A stretch of DNA of 46,799 nt, from positions 1-46,799 of the forward strand of contig MGTO01000124.1 of NCBI GenBank assembly GCA_001799485.1. The letters run 5' to 3'. Numbering within the stretch: the first letter of the stretch is position 1; each line of letters starts with the position of its first letter. The notes under the pieces were generated by a model that did not search any database, was not told the DNA's origin, and saw only the letters and a list, made by a program, of their open reading frames with translations. Made by a program: the position numbers and the translations under genes. Source of the stretch: Desulfuromonadales bacterium GWC2_61_20. Lineage in GTDB: Bacteria > Desulfobacterota > Desulfuromonadia > Desulfuromonadales > UBA2197. Of the stretch, positions 7,433 through 17,274 are shown piece after piece.

Positions 7433-8299
7433 ATGCTGAAGAACATCGGCTTCCTCGGACTCGGTACCGTTGGCAGACATATGGCTGCCAATTTGCTTAA
7501 GGGGCACTATGCCCTGATGGTTTATGACTCCGACCCGGCCGTTGTCGCCGAACTGGTCACCCTTGGGGCCAGAGGCGCCAAATCCCCGAAGGAAGCGGCC
7601 AAGGGGATGGATATGGTCATCATCATCCGTCCCGAAAAGGAACGCTTGCGCCCCGACATCTTCGGACCGGACGGCATCTTTGCCGGTATCGATCCCGGCA
7701 CCATTCTCGTCGACATGGGGACGCACTCCATCGAGAGTACCATGGAAATTGCCGAGGAAGCCGCCAAGCACCGGGTCATGTTCCTCGACGCTCCGGTCTG
7801 GGGCACCAAGGAGCACGCGGTCAACGGGCTGATGACGATTTTGACCGGCGGCGACCCCTCGGTGGTCAGCCGCTGCCGCGAAGCCTTCACCTTCTTCGGC
7901 CTCAATACCATCCACATCGGCGGAGTCGGTGATGCCACCCGCATGAAATTCGTCGTCAACCTGGTTCAGGCCGAATTGATGCAGGCCTTGGCCGAGGCCC
8001 TGGTCTTTGGTGAAAAGATGGGCCTGCCGGCGGACAAGATTCTTGAGGTTCTCGACTCCGGCGGCGTTGCCTCCCCCCTCTTCCACTCCAAGGGGCGCAG
8101 CATCGCCCGCGGGGACTTCACCCGCAACCTCGCCCTCAAATACGTGCACGAGCATCTCGAATTGGTTCTCGAGGCCGCGCGCAAGGCCAACCTCTTCCTC
8201 CCCGGCGCCGAAAGCGCCTGCCGCCTCTATGCCCAGGGCGAAAAGGACGGCCGCGGCGAGGAAGACTTCTCGGCGGTGATCAAGGTGCTGCGCAAGTAA
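7433..8299 (+). CDS. NAD(P)-dependent beta-hydroxyacid dehydrogenase (3-hydroxyisobutyrate/6PGDH family)
   Basis: IGFLGLGTVG Rossmann motif, FLDAPV, catalytic Lys in 'TRMKFVVN'. AAGGAG RBS. Confidence 0.88.
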   Translation: MLKNIGFLGLGTVGRHMAANLLKGHYALMVYDSDPAVVAELVTLGARGAKSPKEAAKGMDMVIIIRPEKERLRPDIFGPDGIFAGIDPGTILVDMGTHSIESTMEIAEEAAKHRVMFLDAPVWGTKEHAVNGLMTILTGGDPSVVSRCREAFTFFGLNTIHIGGVGDATRMKFVVNLVQAELMQALAEALVFGEKMGLPADKILEVLDSGGVASPLFHSKGRSIARGDFTRNLALKYVHEHLELVLEAARKANLFLPGAESACRLYAQGEKDGRGEEDFSAVIKVLRK

Positions 8300-8318
8300 C
8301 TGCTTCTCTCCTGCAATA

Positions 8319-8353
8319 TCAAGAGGGCGACCCTGACGGGGTCGCCCTCTTGA
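8319..8353. terminator. Hairpin terminator between convergent genes
   Basis: TCAAGAGGGCGACCC...GGGTCGCCCTCTTGA. Confidence 0.75.
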
Positions 8354-8422
8354 GTTAAAATCTGGTCTGACTGAGGTCGCAACGACCCGCCTCCCCTGTC
8401 TTTCTGCCTTACTCCCTCCCCT

Positions 8423-10144
8423 TTAGCCACAGACTCCGCAGCGATGGCACCCCGGCACACAACGTGACGTCAATTCCCCGAGTTGCGCTCGCTGGTATTC
8501 ACGCCAGAGATGACTACGACTGACCCCGCTGTCGAGTACTTCCCAGGGGAAATGTTCGTCTTCCCCGCGTTCACGGGTGACGAAAAAGCCCGGATCGAGA
8601 TCGACTTCGCGGCAGGCGGCGCGCAGGTTTTTCCCGGATGCCAGGATCGGCAACGTTGCCCCGACCCGGCGGTCGCCACGGGCGAAAAAGGCCTGGAGGA
8701 CCGCCGCGCGCAGCGACTCGCAGATCATCTCGACATTGCCGATGCGACTGATGGCGGAGCGCAGCTGTTTGAGGCGACCTTCGAGGATTTTTTCGTCGGC
8801 CATCGCTGCCCACTGCAAGGGAGTGAAGGGCTTGGGGATGAAAGGGTTGAAGGAGAGGGTGATGTGGCCGAGGCGACCGCGCTTCTTCCCTTCGGCAAGC
8901 CAGACTTCGCGGATACGACCGATGAGGGTGAGGAGTTCGTCCATGTCGGCGGCGTTCTCCGTCGGCAGACCGAGGAGAAAATAGAGCTTGAGATTGGGAA
9001 TCCCCCCGACCGCCAGGAGCTGCACCGCCCGCAGAATCTGCTCCTCACCGATTCCCTTGTTGATGAGATCGCGCAGCCGCTGACTCCCCGCTTCCGGGGC
9101 CAGGGCAACGGTGCGGTGGCCGCTGGCGGCGAGGGCGGCGACCTCCTCTTCTGTCAGGGCATCGAGGCGCAGGCTGGAGACCGAGACCGCGCCGTCGCGT
9201 TCGAGAATCGCCGCCTGCAAGGCGCCGATCTGGCTGTAATCGGAGACGGCAGCGCCGACCAGCCCCTGTTTCTTGCGCGCGCAGAGTCCCGCTTCGATCT
9301 GGCCGACGAGATTGGCCAGGCTGCGCTCGCGCGGCGGCAGGTAGAGGAAGCCGGCGGCGCAGAAGCGGCAGCCGCGCGAGCAGCCGCGGGAGACCTCGGT
9401 CAGGGCCATGTCGCCGAATTCGGTGGCACTGGTGGTGATAAAGGAGCGACTCGGCGAGGCGTCGAGATCGGCCAGCCACTGCCGCGCCACCCGCGGCGGC
9501 GCCGGCGGCGTCGCCCGGTAGCCGGCAATGGTACCGTTGATAGCGTAGTCGATCTGATAGAGGGAGGGGACATAGAGCCCGGGGAGCTGCGCCAGGGCAG
9601 CAAGGAGAGCCGGACGGGGGCCGCCGGCGCGCAGGACAGCGATCAGCCCGGGGAGGAGTGGTTCGGCCTCGCCGACGGCAAAGGCATCGAAGATCTCCGC
9701 CAGCGGCTCGGGATTGAGAAAGGCGCAGACCCCGCCGCAGAGGAGGAGGGGATGGCGGGCCTCGCGCTGTGCCGCCCACAAAGGCAAGCGGCCGAGTTCG
9801 AAGAGGGTCGGCAGGTGGAGGTAATCGTTCTCGAAGGAGATGGAGAAGGCGACGAGGTCGAAGTCGGCCAGAGGGTGGCCGCTCTCCAGGGAGAAGAGGG
9901 GATAGCCGGTGGCGCGGTGTTCCTTGAGGTCATCGGGATCGGGGAGGAAGAAGCGTTCGCAGAGGCAGTCGTCGCGGCTGTTGAGGAGATGGTAGACGGT
10001 GAGAAAACCGAGGTTGCTCATGGCCTGGTGGTAGGTATTGGGGAAGACCAGGGCCACCGTCAGCCGTCCCCCCCAGGGGTTGGCCGCCGCGCCGTCTTCC
10101 GCCGCCAGCCGCTGGCGGGCTTTGTCGATGAGGGTGCGGGACAT
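8423..10144 (-). CDS. Radical SAM protein (TIGR03960-like family)
   Basis: SRGCSRGCRFC (CxxxCxxC), N-terminal 'FPNTYHQAMSNLG', 'PFIPKPFTPLQW' and C-terminal CxxxCxxCGVC. Confidence 0.85.
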   Translation of the reverse strand: MSRTLIDKARQRLAAEDGAAANPWGGRLTVALVFPNTYHQAMSNLGFLTVYHLLNSRDDCLCERFFLPDPDDLKEHRATGYPLFSLESGHPLADFDLVAFSISFENDYLHLPTLFELGRLPLWAAQREARHPLLLCGGVCAFLNPEPLAEIFDAFAVGEAEPLLPGLIAVLRAGGPRPALLAALAQLPGLYVPSLYQIDYAINGTIAGYRATPPAPPRVARQWLADLDASPSRSFITTSATEFGDMALTEVSRGCSRGCRFCAAGFLYLPPRERSLANLVGQIEAGLCARKKQGLVGAAVSDYSQIGALQAAILERDGAVSVSSLRLDALTEEEVAALAASGHRTVALAPEAGSQRLRDLINKGIGEEQILRAVQLLAVGGIPNLKLYFLLGLPTENAADMDELLTLIGRIREVWLAEGKKRGRLGHITLSFNPFIPKPFTPLQWAAMADEKILEGRLKQLRSAISRIGNVEMICESLRAAVLQAFFARGDRRVGATLPILASGKNLRAACREVDLDPGFFVTRERGEDEHFPWEVLDSGVSRSHLWREYQRAQLGELTSRCVPGCHRCGVCG

Positions 10145-10207
10145 CTGTCGCTTTCTACGAGGGGAATATCGGGCTGGTCGATCTTACCTTATACCAACGG
10201 ACGCACC

Positions 10208-10238
10208 AAAGAAAAAGGGACCGCACGATGCGGTCCCT
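10208..10238 (-). terminator. Intrinsic terminator closing the dcw/ftsZ transcript
   Basis: Minus strand AGGGACCGCA-tcg-TGCGGTCCCT followed by TTTTCTTT. Confidence 0.85.
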
Positions 10239-10400
10239 GCAGACGAGGGAGTCGTCATTTCACTTCATACATCATCACTTCCCCCGCACTACGCCGGGCG
10301 GAGAACCGGCGCGAAGGGAGTGGTGCAGCTGCAAGAGGCTCGCGATCTTCAGCCCCGTTGTTGTTGTCCTCCCGACACAACAGACTGCGTCGGGAATTTC
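10208..10400 (-). ncRNA. Candidate structured ftsZ 3' UTR or 3'-UTR-derived sRNA complementary to the ftsZ 5' UTR
   Basis: About 200 nt between the ftsZ stop and the terminator, with three hairpins, a 15-nt perfect complement to 11600-11614 and two anti-SD elements (see findings). Confidence 0.5.
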
Positions 10401-10414
10401 TTTTTCCTCGACCT

Positions 10415-11572
10415 TTAATCGACGCGCTTGCGCAGAAAGGTCGGGATCTCGTATTCGGCATCGTCACCGGCGCTGGCGCTGACGGCGGCGCGCAGCCCGA
10501 CGGGAGCATCTTTTTGCTGATTGCGGATGAAGGTCGGCACGTCGCGATCGACCTTGTTCAGGGGGATGGCCCCTTTCAGGCGAATCTCGTCATGGCCGCG
10601 CCGACCCTTTTCAAAGCAGTTGCCGAAACCGGTGGCGATGGCGGTGACCTTGATCGTCTCCCCCATCTCCTCGTCGATGGCGAGGCCGATGATGATGTTG
10701 GCGTCTTCGTGGGCCTTTTCGTGGATGACGCGGGAGACTTCGTTGAAGTCGTCCATGGTCATGCTCGCCGAGCCGCTGACGTTGACCAGAATCCCCTTGG
10801 CCCCGGAGATGTCGATCTCCTCCAGCAGGGGACTGCTGATCGCCTGCTGGGCCGCCTCGGTGGCGCGTTTTTCGCCGGAGGCGACACCGATCCCCATGAT
10901 CGCCATGCCGCGCACGCTCATGACCGCACGGACGTCGGCGAAGTCGACGTTGATCAGGCCTTCGGTGGTGATGAGGTCGGAAATCCCCTGCACCGCCTGA
11001 CGCAGCACGTCGTCGGACGGTTTGAAGGCGTCGAGGATCCCCATGTTCTTGCCGGCGAGACCGAGGAGGCGGTCGTTGGGGACGACGATGAGGGAATCGA
11101 CGACCTCCTTGAGGGCGAGAATCCCTTCCTCGGCCTTGGTCGAGCGCTGCTTCCCTTCGCGGGAGAAGGGGCGCGTCACCACGCCGACGGTGAGGGCGCC
11201 GACTTCGCGGGCGACCTCGGCGATGATCGGGGCGGCGCCGGTGCCGGTGCCGCCGCCCATGCCGGCGGCGATGAAGACCATGTCGGCGCCTTTGAGGATT
11301 TCGGCGAGGCGGGCGCGATCCTCCAAGGCCGCCTCACGGCCGATCTCGGGGTTGGCGCCGGCGCCGAGGCCCTTGGTCAGTTTGCCGCCGAGCTGCACCT
11401 TCATCGGCGCCGCACTGCGGCGCAAGGCCTGGGCATCGGTGTTGGCGGCGATGAACTCGACGCCGCCGACCTTGGCCGCGATCATGGTGTTGATGGCGTT
11501 GTTGCCGCCGCCGCCGACGCCGATGACCTTGATTTTCGCCGTCTGGTCCACTGTCTCGTCAAACTCGAACAT
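10415..11572 (-). CDS. ftsZ: Cell division protein FtsZ
   Basis: [23 protein letters not shown] and C-terminal IPTFLRK. Start MFEFDE follows GAGGGAG. Confidence 0.98.
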   Translation of the reverse strand: MFEFDETVDQTAKIKVIGVGGGGNNAINTMIAAKVGGVEFIAANTDAQALRRSAAPMKVQLGGKLTKGLGAGANPEIGREAALEDRARLAEILKGADMVFIAAGMGGGTGTGAAPIIAEVAREVGALTVGVVTRPFSREGKQRSTKAEEGILALKEVVDSLIVVPNDRLLGLAGKNMGILDAFKPSDDVLRQAVQGISDLITTEGLINVDFADVRAVMSVRGMAIMGIGVASGEKRATEAAQQAISSPLLEEIDISGAKGILVNVSGSASMTMDDFNEVSRVIHEKAHEDANIIIGLAIDEEMGETIKVTAIATGFGNCFEKGRRGHDEIRLKGAIPLNKVDRDVPTFIRNQQKDAPVGLRAAVSASAGDDAEYEIPTFLRKRVD

Positions 11573-11670
11573 GACTCCCTCACTTTCGGCTGTGCCGGTC
11601 GCCGGTTCTCCGCCTGCGACCGCCGGGTTGACTAACCATTCCACGACAATATGGCATCGGTCCGACGCGC

Positions 11671-12900
11671 TCAGAAGAACTCGCCGAACCACTCTTTCAT
11701 GCGTTTGGTGATACTGCCGAAGGTATCCTTCTGGCCGCGGCTGAAATTCTTTACCTCGACGTTGCGGCTGCCGTACTTGACCAGACCGACGCCGGTGGCA
11801 TAGACCGGCGAGTTGACGACGTCGATGAGCCCGCCGATATCCTGCGGCGAACCGCGCCGCACCGGCAGATTGAAGATCTGCTCGGCCAGCTCCGGCATGC
11901 CGGCGAGGATGGAGGTGCCGCCGGTGAGGACGATGCCCGAGGCGATGAGATCCTCGTAGCCGCTCTTGACGATTTCGCGGTTGACCAGGGTGAAGATCTC
12001 CTCGACCCGCGGCTCGAGAATCTCGGCGAGGAGCTGGCGCGAGAGGACCCGCGGTTCCCGCCCGCCGACAGAAGGTACCTCGATCGTCTCGGTCTTGCCG
12101 ACCATGGAGGTGAGACAGCAGCCGTAGGCCTGCTTGATCTTCTCGGCCTCGGCCATCGGCGTGCGCAGGCCGACGGCGATGTCGTTGGTCAGGTGGTTGC
12201 CGCCGAGGGAGAGGACCGAGGTGTGCTTGATCGCTCCGTCGACGTAGATGGCGATGTCGGTGGTGCCGCCGCCGATGTCGATGAGGGCGACGCCGAGTTC
12301 CTTCTCGTCGGCGGCGAGGACCGCCTCGCTCGAAGCCAGTTGCTCGAGAACGATATCGGCGACATCGACCCCGGCGCGGTTGCAGCTCTTGACGATATTC
12401 TGCGCGCTCGCCACCGCCCCGGTGACGATGTGGACCTTCGCCTCCAGGCGCACGCCGCTCATGCCGAGGGGCTCGCGGATGCCATCCTGGTCGTCGATGA
12501 TGAACTCCTGGGGGAGGATGTGGATGACTTCGCGATCCATGGGGATGGCGATGGCCTTGGCCGCGTCGATGACCCGGCGCAGGTCGTCGGCATTGACCTC
12601 GCGATTTTTGATGGCGATGATCCCCTGGGAGTTGAAGCCCTTGATATGCCCCCCGGCGATGCCGGCAAAGACCGACTTGATCTCGCAGCCAGCCATGAGT
12701 TCGGCTTCCTCGATCGCCTTGCGGATGGCGCCGACGGTGGCTTCGATGTTGATCACCACCCCCTTGCGCAGGCCTTTGGAGGGGCTGGTGCCGATACCGA
12801 CAATATCGAGACCGTCCTCGGTGAGGTTGCCGACGATGGCGCAGATCTTGGTGGTGCCGATGTCGAGGCCGACAATGATGTTCTCGCGTCCGCTGCTCAT
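11671..12900 (-). CDS. ftsA: Cell division protein FtsA
   Basis: [18 protein letters not shown] and a C-terminal amphipathic helix (MKEWFGEFF). Confidence 0.97.
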   Translation of the reverse strand: MSSGRENIIVGLDIGTTKICAIVGNLTEDGLDIVGIGTSPSKGLRKGVVINIEATVGAIRKAIEEAELMAGCEIKSVFAGIAGGHIKGFNSQGIIAIKNREVNADDLRRVIDAAKAIAIPMDREVIHILPQEFIIDDQDGIREPLGMSGVRLEAKVHIVTGAVASAQNIVKSCNRAGVDVADIVLEQLASSEAVLAADEKELGVALIDIGGGTTDIAIYVDGAIKHTSVLSLGGNHLTNDIAVGLRTPMAEAEKIKQAYGCCLTSMVGKTETIEVPSVGGREPRVLSRQLLAEILEPRVEEIFTLVNREIVKSGYEDLIASGIVLTGGTSILAGMPELAEQIFNLPVRRGSPQDIGGLIDVVNSPVYATGVGLVKYGSRNVEVKNFSRGQKDTFGSITKRMKEWFGEFF

Positions 12901-12903
12901 GGG

Positions 12904-13857
12904 TTATCCCTTCCGCCCTGGATTGTCCTCTTTACTGAGGGTGAGGCTGGCGTCGACCTTGACAATGACCCGGTCGACGACATTGAGATCGATGGACTGC
13001 AGTACCGCGAAACGCGGCACCAGTTCGGTATAGATACTTTCCAGCCGGTCGAGCTTGTCACTGAAATCGGAAAAACCAAGCCGCACCGGAATGCCGCCGA
13101 GGAGGGTGTAGAGAGCGAAACCTTCCACCGGATCGATGCGGATCTCGGAGACCTGGTCGAGACCGAAGACCCGCCGCTTGCCCAACTCCTGCAGCAGTGC
13201 CATCGCCTCCCCGAGCAGGCGCTTGGCTTCCTCCGGCTGATCGAGGAGATACTGGCGGTCGATGCCGGTAACGACCGGGTAGTCGACGCGATCGCCGAGG
13301 CCGAGGGGCTTGAAGACCGTCCCGTCGCGCCCGACATAGTAGAGACAGCCGAGATTGGCCACCGCCACCGGCACGTGCTCGCTGACGCGGATGACGATGT
13401 CGCGGGGGAAGACCCGCTCGACCCGGGCATCGGCGATCCAGGGATTCTCGGCGATCTTGCGGCCGATGAGTTCAAGATCGAGGCTGAAGATGTTCATCCC
13501 CGGCTGGATGTCGGAAAGCTCGCGGATATCGTCGGCCGCCACCCGCTGCATGTTCTCGACCCGGATCGTTTCGACCCGGAAGAAGCGCGAATCGGTGACG
13601 ACCTCCCAGAGCATCAGTCCCCCGACCACGGTCAACGCCGCGCCGCCGCAGACCACTCCGACGGTGAAGGTGCGCTGGAGGATCTTGGTCCAGTCGCGCG
13701 GCTGCCGCTCGTCGAGGCAGCGGTTCTCCCGGCGCTTGAAAGGGATAGCGAGCAGTGCCAGCCAGCGGAAGAGTTTTTTCCAGTCGCGGGGCTGCCGCAC
13801 CGGGACGCGCCGGTTGGCTTTGAACTTTTGCGGTCTTCGCTCTTTCAGATCGCGCAT
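12904..13857 (-). CDS. ftsQ: Cell division protein FtsQ/DivIB
   Basis: Basic N-terminal tail, one TM, POTRA domain ('[28 protein letters not shown]') and position in the dcw cluster. Confidence 0.92.
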   Translation of the reverse strand: MRDLKERRPQKFKANRRVPVRQPRDWKKLFRWLALLAIPFKRRENRCLDERQPRDWTKILQRTFTVGVVCGGAALTVVGGLMLWEVVTDSRFFRVETIRVENMQRVAADDIRELSDIQPGMNIFSLDLELIGRKIAENPWIADARVERVFPRDIVIRVSEHVPVAVANLGCLYYVGRDGTVFKPLGLGDRVDYPVVTGIDRQYLLDQPEEAKRLLGEAMALLQELGKRRVFGLDQVSEIRIDPVEGFALYTLLGGIPVRLGFSDFSDKLDRLESIYTELVPRFAVLQSIDLNVVDRVIVKVDASLTLSKEDNPGRKG

Positions 13858-13879
13858 GTTACCCCTTGCCGCCGTTGTG

Positions 13880-14806
13880 CTACTTGCTCAGTCCCGCACC
13901 GTCCAGGATCCGTTGCGTCAGTTCAGCGAAAGAGATACCGACATGCCCCGCCGCCTTGGGCAGCAGGCTCGTTTCCGTCATCCCCGGGATGGTATTGACC
14001 TCCAGACAGAAGATCTCGGCGCCGCGCACCATGAAATCGATGCGTGCCGCGCCGCTGCAGCCGACCGCCCGGTAGGCGGCGACAGCCGCCTGCTGCAGCC
14101 GCTCGTAGACGGCGGCGGCGAGGGGGGCGGGGAGGAGATATTCGGTGCGGCCGACGGTGTACTTGTTGGTGTAATCGTAAAACCCTTCCTTGGGGACGAC
14201 CTGGATGATCGGCAGGACGGTGCCGTCGATGACGGCGACGGTGACTTCCGCCCCGGCAATGAACTCTTCGACCAGGATCGTCGAATCATGGCGCAGCGCC
14301 TCAGCGAAACCGGCCGCGAGTTCGGCGCGATTGCGGACGATGCTGATGCCGATGGTCGAGCCTTCCCGCGCCGGCTTGACCACAAGAGGGAAAGGACCGC
14401 ATTGCCCCAGGAAGGAATCCCGCTCTTCGCCCCGCCTGTAGACGCGGAAGGCGGGGGTCGGCAGACCGTGATAGAGGAGCATCTGCTTGGTCGCCACCTT
14501 GTCGATGGCGAGGCTGGAAGCGAGGACGCCGCTGCCGGTGTAGGGGATGGCGAGAAGTTCGAGGAGCCCCTGCACCGTCCCGTCTTCGCCGAAGCGCCCA
14601 TGCAGGGCGATAAAGGCGACGTCGGCGCCGGCGCCGGCGAGTTGCGCCGGCAGTTCGCGGCTGACATCGATGGGAACGACACGGTAGCCGGCCGAGGTCA
14701 GTGCCGTCGCCACCGCCTTGCCGGTGCGCAGCGACACTTCGCGCTCGGCCGAGAGCCCGCCCATGAGAACGGCAATCGTCTTTTGTTTCAGTTCATCTCG
14801 CGTCAT
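13880..14806 (-). CDS. ddl: D-alanine--D-alanine ligase
   Basis: IAVLMGGLSAEREVSL, LHGRFGEDG, YDYTNKY and EVNTIPGMT. Confidence 0.96.
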   Translation of the reverse strand: MTRDELKQKTIAVLMGGLSAEREVSLRTGKAVATALTSAGYRVVPIDVSRELPAQLAGAGADVAFIALHGRFGEDGTVQGLLELLAIPYTGSGVLASSLAIDKVATKQMLLYHGLPTPAFRVYRRGEERDSFLGQCGPFPLVVKPAREGSTIGISIVRNRAELAAGFAEALRHDSTILVEEFIAGAEVTVAVIDGTVLPIIQVVPKEGFYDYTNKYTVGRTEYLLPAPLAAAVYERLQQAAVAAYRAVGCSGAARIDFMVRGAEIFCLEVNTIPGMTETSLLPKAAGHVGISFAELTQRILDGAGLSK

Positions 14807-14817
14807 CGTTGCCTCGC

Positions 14818-16194
14818 TCAAACCTTGGTCTTTTGCAGATTGGCAAAGTCTTCGCCGACCTGCCACACATTCCCCGCTCCCAGGGTGATGACGATGTCCC
14901 CCGGCCGCACCACATCGCTCAAATGCTTGACCACCACTTCCCGCTCGCCGAGGTAATGGACGTCGCGATGACCATGCCCGGCAATGGCGGCGGCAAGCTG
15001 CTTGGCATCGACCCCGGGGATGGCATCTTCGCCGGCGGCATAGACATCCATCACCACCAGATGATCGGTCTGATAAAAGGCGGTGGTGAATTCCTGAAAC
15101 AGTGCCGCGGTGCGGCTGTAGCGGTGCGGCTGAAAGACCGTCACCAGGCGCCGGTTCCACCCCCCCCGGGCGGCGGCGAGGGTCGCCTTGATCTCGGCCG
15201 GGTGGTGGCCGTAGTCGTCGACGACCATGATCCCGCCCCCATCGTACTTGATCTGAAAACGGCGCTGCACCCCGCCGAAATCGCGGAAACCCTCGGCGAT
15301 GACGGCAAAGGGGAGTTGCAACTCCATCGCCACCGTCGTCGCCGCCAAGGCGTTGAGGACATTGTGCCGGCCCGGCATCTTGAAGGCGAGGCGGCCGAGC
15401 ACCTTGTCCTTGTGGTTGACGGTGAAGCTCGTCTTGAGGCCGTCATGCTCGACTTCGCTGGCGTAGAGGTCGGCCTGGGCCGAGAAGCCGTAAGTGGCGA
15501 AACGCTTCTTCACCAGCGGAATGATCGACTGGATGTTGGGATCGTCGAGGCAAAGGACGGCGAGTCCGTAAAAGGGGACTTTGTTGATGAAATCGACAAA
15601 GGTTTCCTTGATCTGGTCGAGGTCGCGGTAGTAGTCGAGATGGTCGGCGTCGATATTGGTGACGACGGCGATGGTCGGCGATAGCTTGAGAAAAGAACCG
15701 TCCGATTCGTCGGCCTCGGCGACGAGGAACTTCCCCTGGCCGAGCTTGGCGTTGGAGCCGAGAAGGTCGAGGCGCCCGCCGATGACCGAGGTCGGATCGA
15801 CGCCGCCATGGGAGAGGACGGTGGCGACCATGCTCGTCGTCGTCGTCTTGCCGTGGGTGCCGGCGATGGCGATGCCGTATTTCATCCGCATCAGTTCGGC
15901 CAGCATCTCGGCCCGCGGAATGACCGGGATCAGGCGGCGGTGGGCTTCGAGGAGCTCGACGTTGTCGGCCCGCACCGCCGTCGAGGTGACGACGACATCG
16001 GCCTGCTGCAAATTTTCGGCGCGGTGGCCATAACTGACGACTCCGCCGAGGTCGCATAAGCGGCGGGTGATCTCCGACTCCTTGAGATCGGAGCCGGAGA
16101 CCTGATAACCGAGATTGATGAGGACCTCGGCGATGCCGCTCATGCCGATGCCGCCGATGCCGATGAAATGGATGTTGCGGATACGTCCGTACAT
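14818..16194 (-). CDS. murC: UDP-N-acetylmuramate--L-alanine ligase
   Basis: [27 protein letters not shown] and DDYGHHP. Confidence 0.97.
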   Translation of the reverse strand: MYGRIRNIHFIGIGGIGMSGIAEVLINLGYQVSGSDLKESEITRRLCDLGGVVSYGHRAENLQQADVVVTSTAVRADNVELLEAHRRLIPVIPRAEMLAELMRMKYGIAIAGTHGKTTTTSMVATVLSHGGVDPTSVIGGRLDLLGSNAKLGQGKFLVAEADESDGSFLKLSPTIAVVTNIDADHLDYYRDLDQIKETFVDFINKVPFYGLAVLCLDDPNIQSIIPLVKKRFATYGFSAQADLYASEVEHDGLKTSFTVNHKDKVLGRLAFKMPGRHNVLNALAATTVAMELQLPFAVIAEGFRDFGGVQRRFQIKYDGGGIMVVDDYGHHPAEIKATLAAARGGWNRRLVTVFQPHRYSRTAALFQEFTTAFYQTDHLVVMDVYAAGEDAIPGVDAKQLAAAIAGHGHRDVHYLGEREVVVKHLSDVVRPGDIVITLGAGNVWQVGEDFANLQKTKV

Positions 16195-16197
16195 CTC

Positions 16198-17274
16198 TTA
16201 AACCCTTTCCAGGATGGTGCGACATTCTTTCAGGATCACTTCAGCGGCCTGGGGCTTGCCGAGGGAACGGGCGATATCGGCCATCTGCAGCAATCGCGGA
16301 CGGTCGTCGAGGAGCCCGGCCAGCAACTGCCCGAGAACTTCCCCGGTCATCCCCTTCTGCTCCAGCAGCAGTGCCGCCCCCTGCCGCGCCAGGGCCCGGG
16401 CATTGGCGCTCTGATGGTCGCCGGCGGCAAAGGGAAAGGGGACCAGCACCGCCGGACGCCCGCAGGCGGTCAGTTCGGCGATGGTCGTCGCCCCGGCCCG
16501 GCAGAGGACGAGATGGCTGCGCCGGTAGGCGGCGGCCATGTCGTTGATGAAGGGGACGACCTTTGCCTCATCCCAGCCGGCACTGCGGTAACCGGCGGCG
16601 ATGCGTTCGTGGTCGTCGCTGCCGGTCTGGTGGACGATCCCCAGCTTCCCCCGCAGCGAAGCGAGAAAGGGCAAGGCCTCGATAACCGCGTTGTTGATGG
16701 CGCGGGCGCCGCGACTGCCGCCGAAGATCAGCAACTGGGCAGCGCCCTCGGCGAGGCCCGGGCACTCGGTCATGCCGGCGCGGACCGGGTTGCCGGTGAC
16801 GATGGTCGCCCCGGTGTGAAAGGCACTCTCGGCTTCGGCGAAGGAGAGGCAGATACGCTCGGCCCAGCGCGCCAGCAAGCGGTTGGTCAGCCCCGGCCAG
16901 GCATTCTGTTCGTGAATCAGATAGGGCAGTCCCCGCCATTTGGCCGCCAGCAGCACCGGCGCCGAGGCATAACCGCCGACGCCGATGACGAGGTCGGGGC
17001 GAAAATCGTCGAGGATGGTCAGGGACTGGCGGACACTGCGCGCCAATTGCGGCAACACGGCGAGCTTTTCGCCGAGGCCGCGGCCGACAAAGCCCTCGAT
17101 GTCGATGGTACGTAACGGCAAACCCAGTTCCGGCAGGACCCGGGCTTCAATGCCGCGATCGGTTCCGACAAAGAGAACCTCGGCCCGCCACTCCTCGGCG
17201 AGAAACTTTTGCGCCAGGGCCACCGCCGGGAAGAGATGGCCGCCGGTACCGCCACCGGCCAGGAGGATTCTCAT
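16198..17274 (-). CDS. murG: Undecaprenyl-PP-MurNAc-pentapeptide GlcNAc transferase
   Basis: GGGTGGHLFP, HEQNA, GNPVR, GGSRGA and DHQ. Confidence 0.97.
   Translation of the reverse strand: MRILLAGGGTGGHLFPAVALAQKFLAEEWRAEVLFVGTDRGIEARVLPELGLPLRTIDIEGFVGRGLGEKLAVLPQLARSVRQSLTILDDFRPDLVIGVGGYASAPVLLAAKWRGLPYLIHEQNAWPGLTNRLLARWAERICLSFAEAESAFHTGATIVTGNPVRAGMTECPGLAEGAAQLLIFGGSRGARAINNAVIEALPFLASLRGKLGIVHQTGSDDHERIAAGYRSAGWDEAKVVPFINDMAAAYRRSHLVLCRAGATTIAELTACGRPAVLVPFPFAAGDHQSANARALARQGAALLLEQKGMTGEVLGQLLAGLLDDRPRLLQMADIARSLGKPQAAEVILKECRTILERV

Noticed and set aside
7433-8299. Specific name (mmsB/garR/glxR) for the dehydrogenase
   Set aside because: Substrate-site motifs are divergent (DAPVWGT, IIIRPE), so only a family-level call is supported.
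8483-11635. 1050-aa plus-strand ORF, and similar long ORFs at 2780-3958, 12193-13998, 13355-14956, 19746-20879, 21929-23302 and 25817-27298
   Set aside because: These are antisense shadows of well-supported minus-strand genes, caused by high GC3 and few stop codons. They have no recognisable motifs.
11573-11692. 40-aa N-terminal extension of FtsZ in the ORF track
   Set aside because: It overlaps ftsA. MFEFDE has a good SD and matches the usual start, so the region is better read as the structured 5' UTR.
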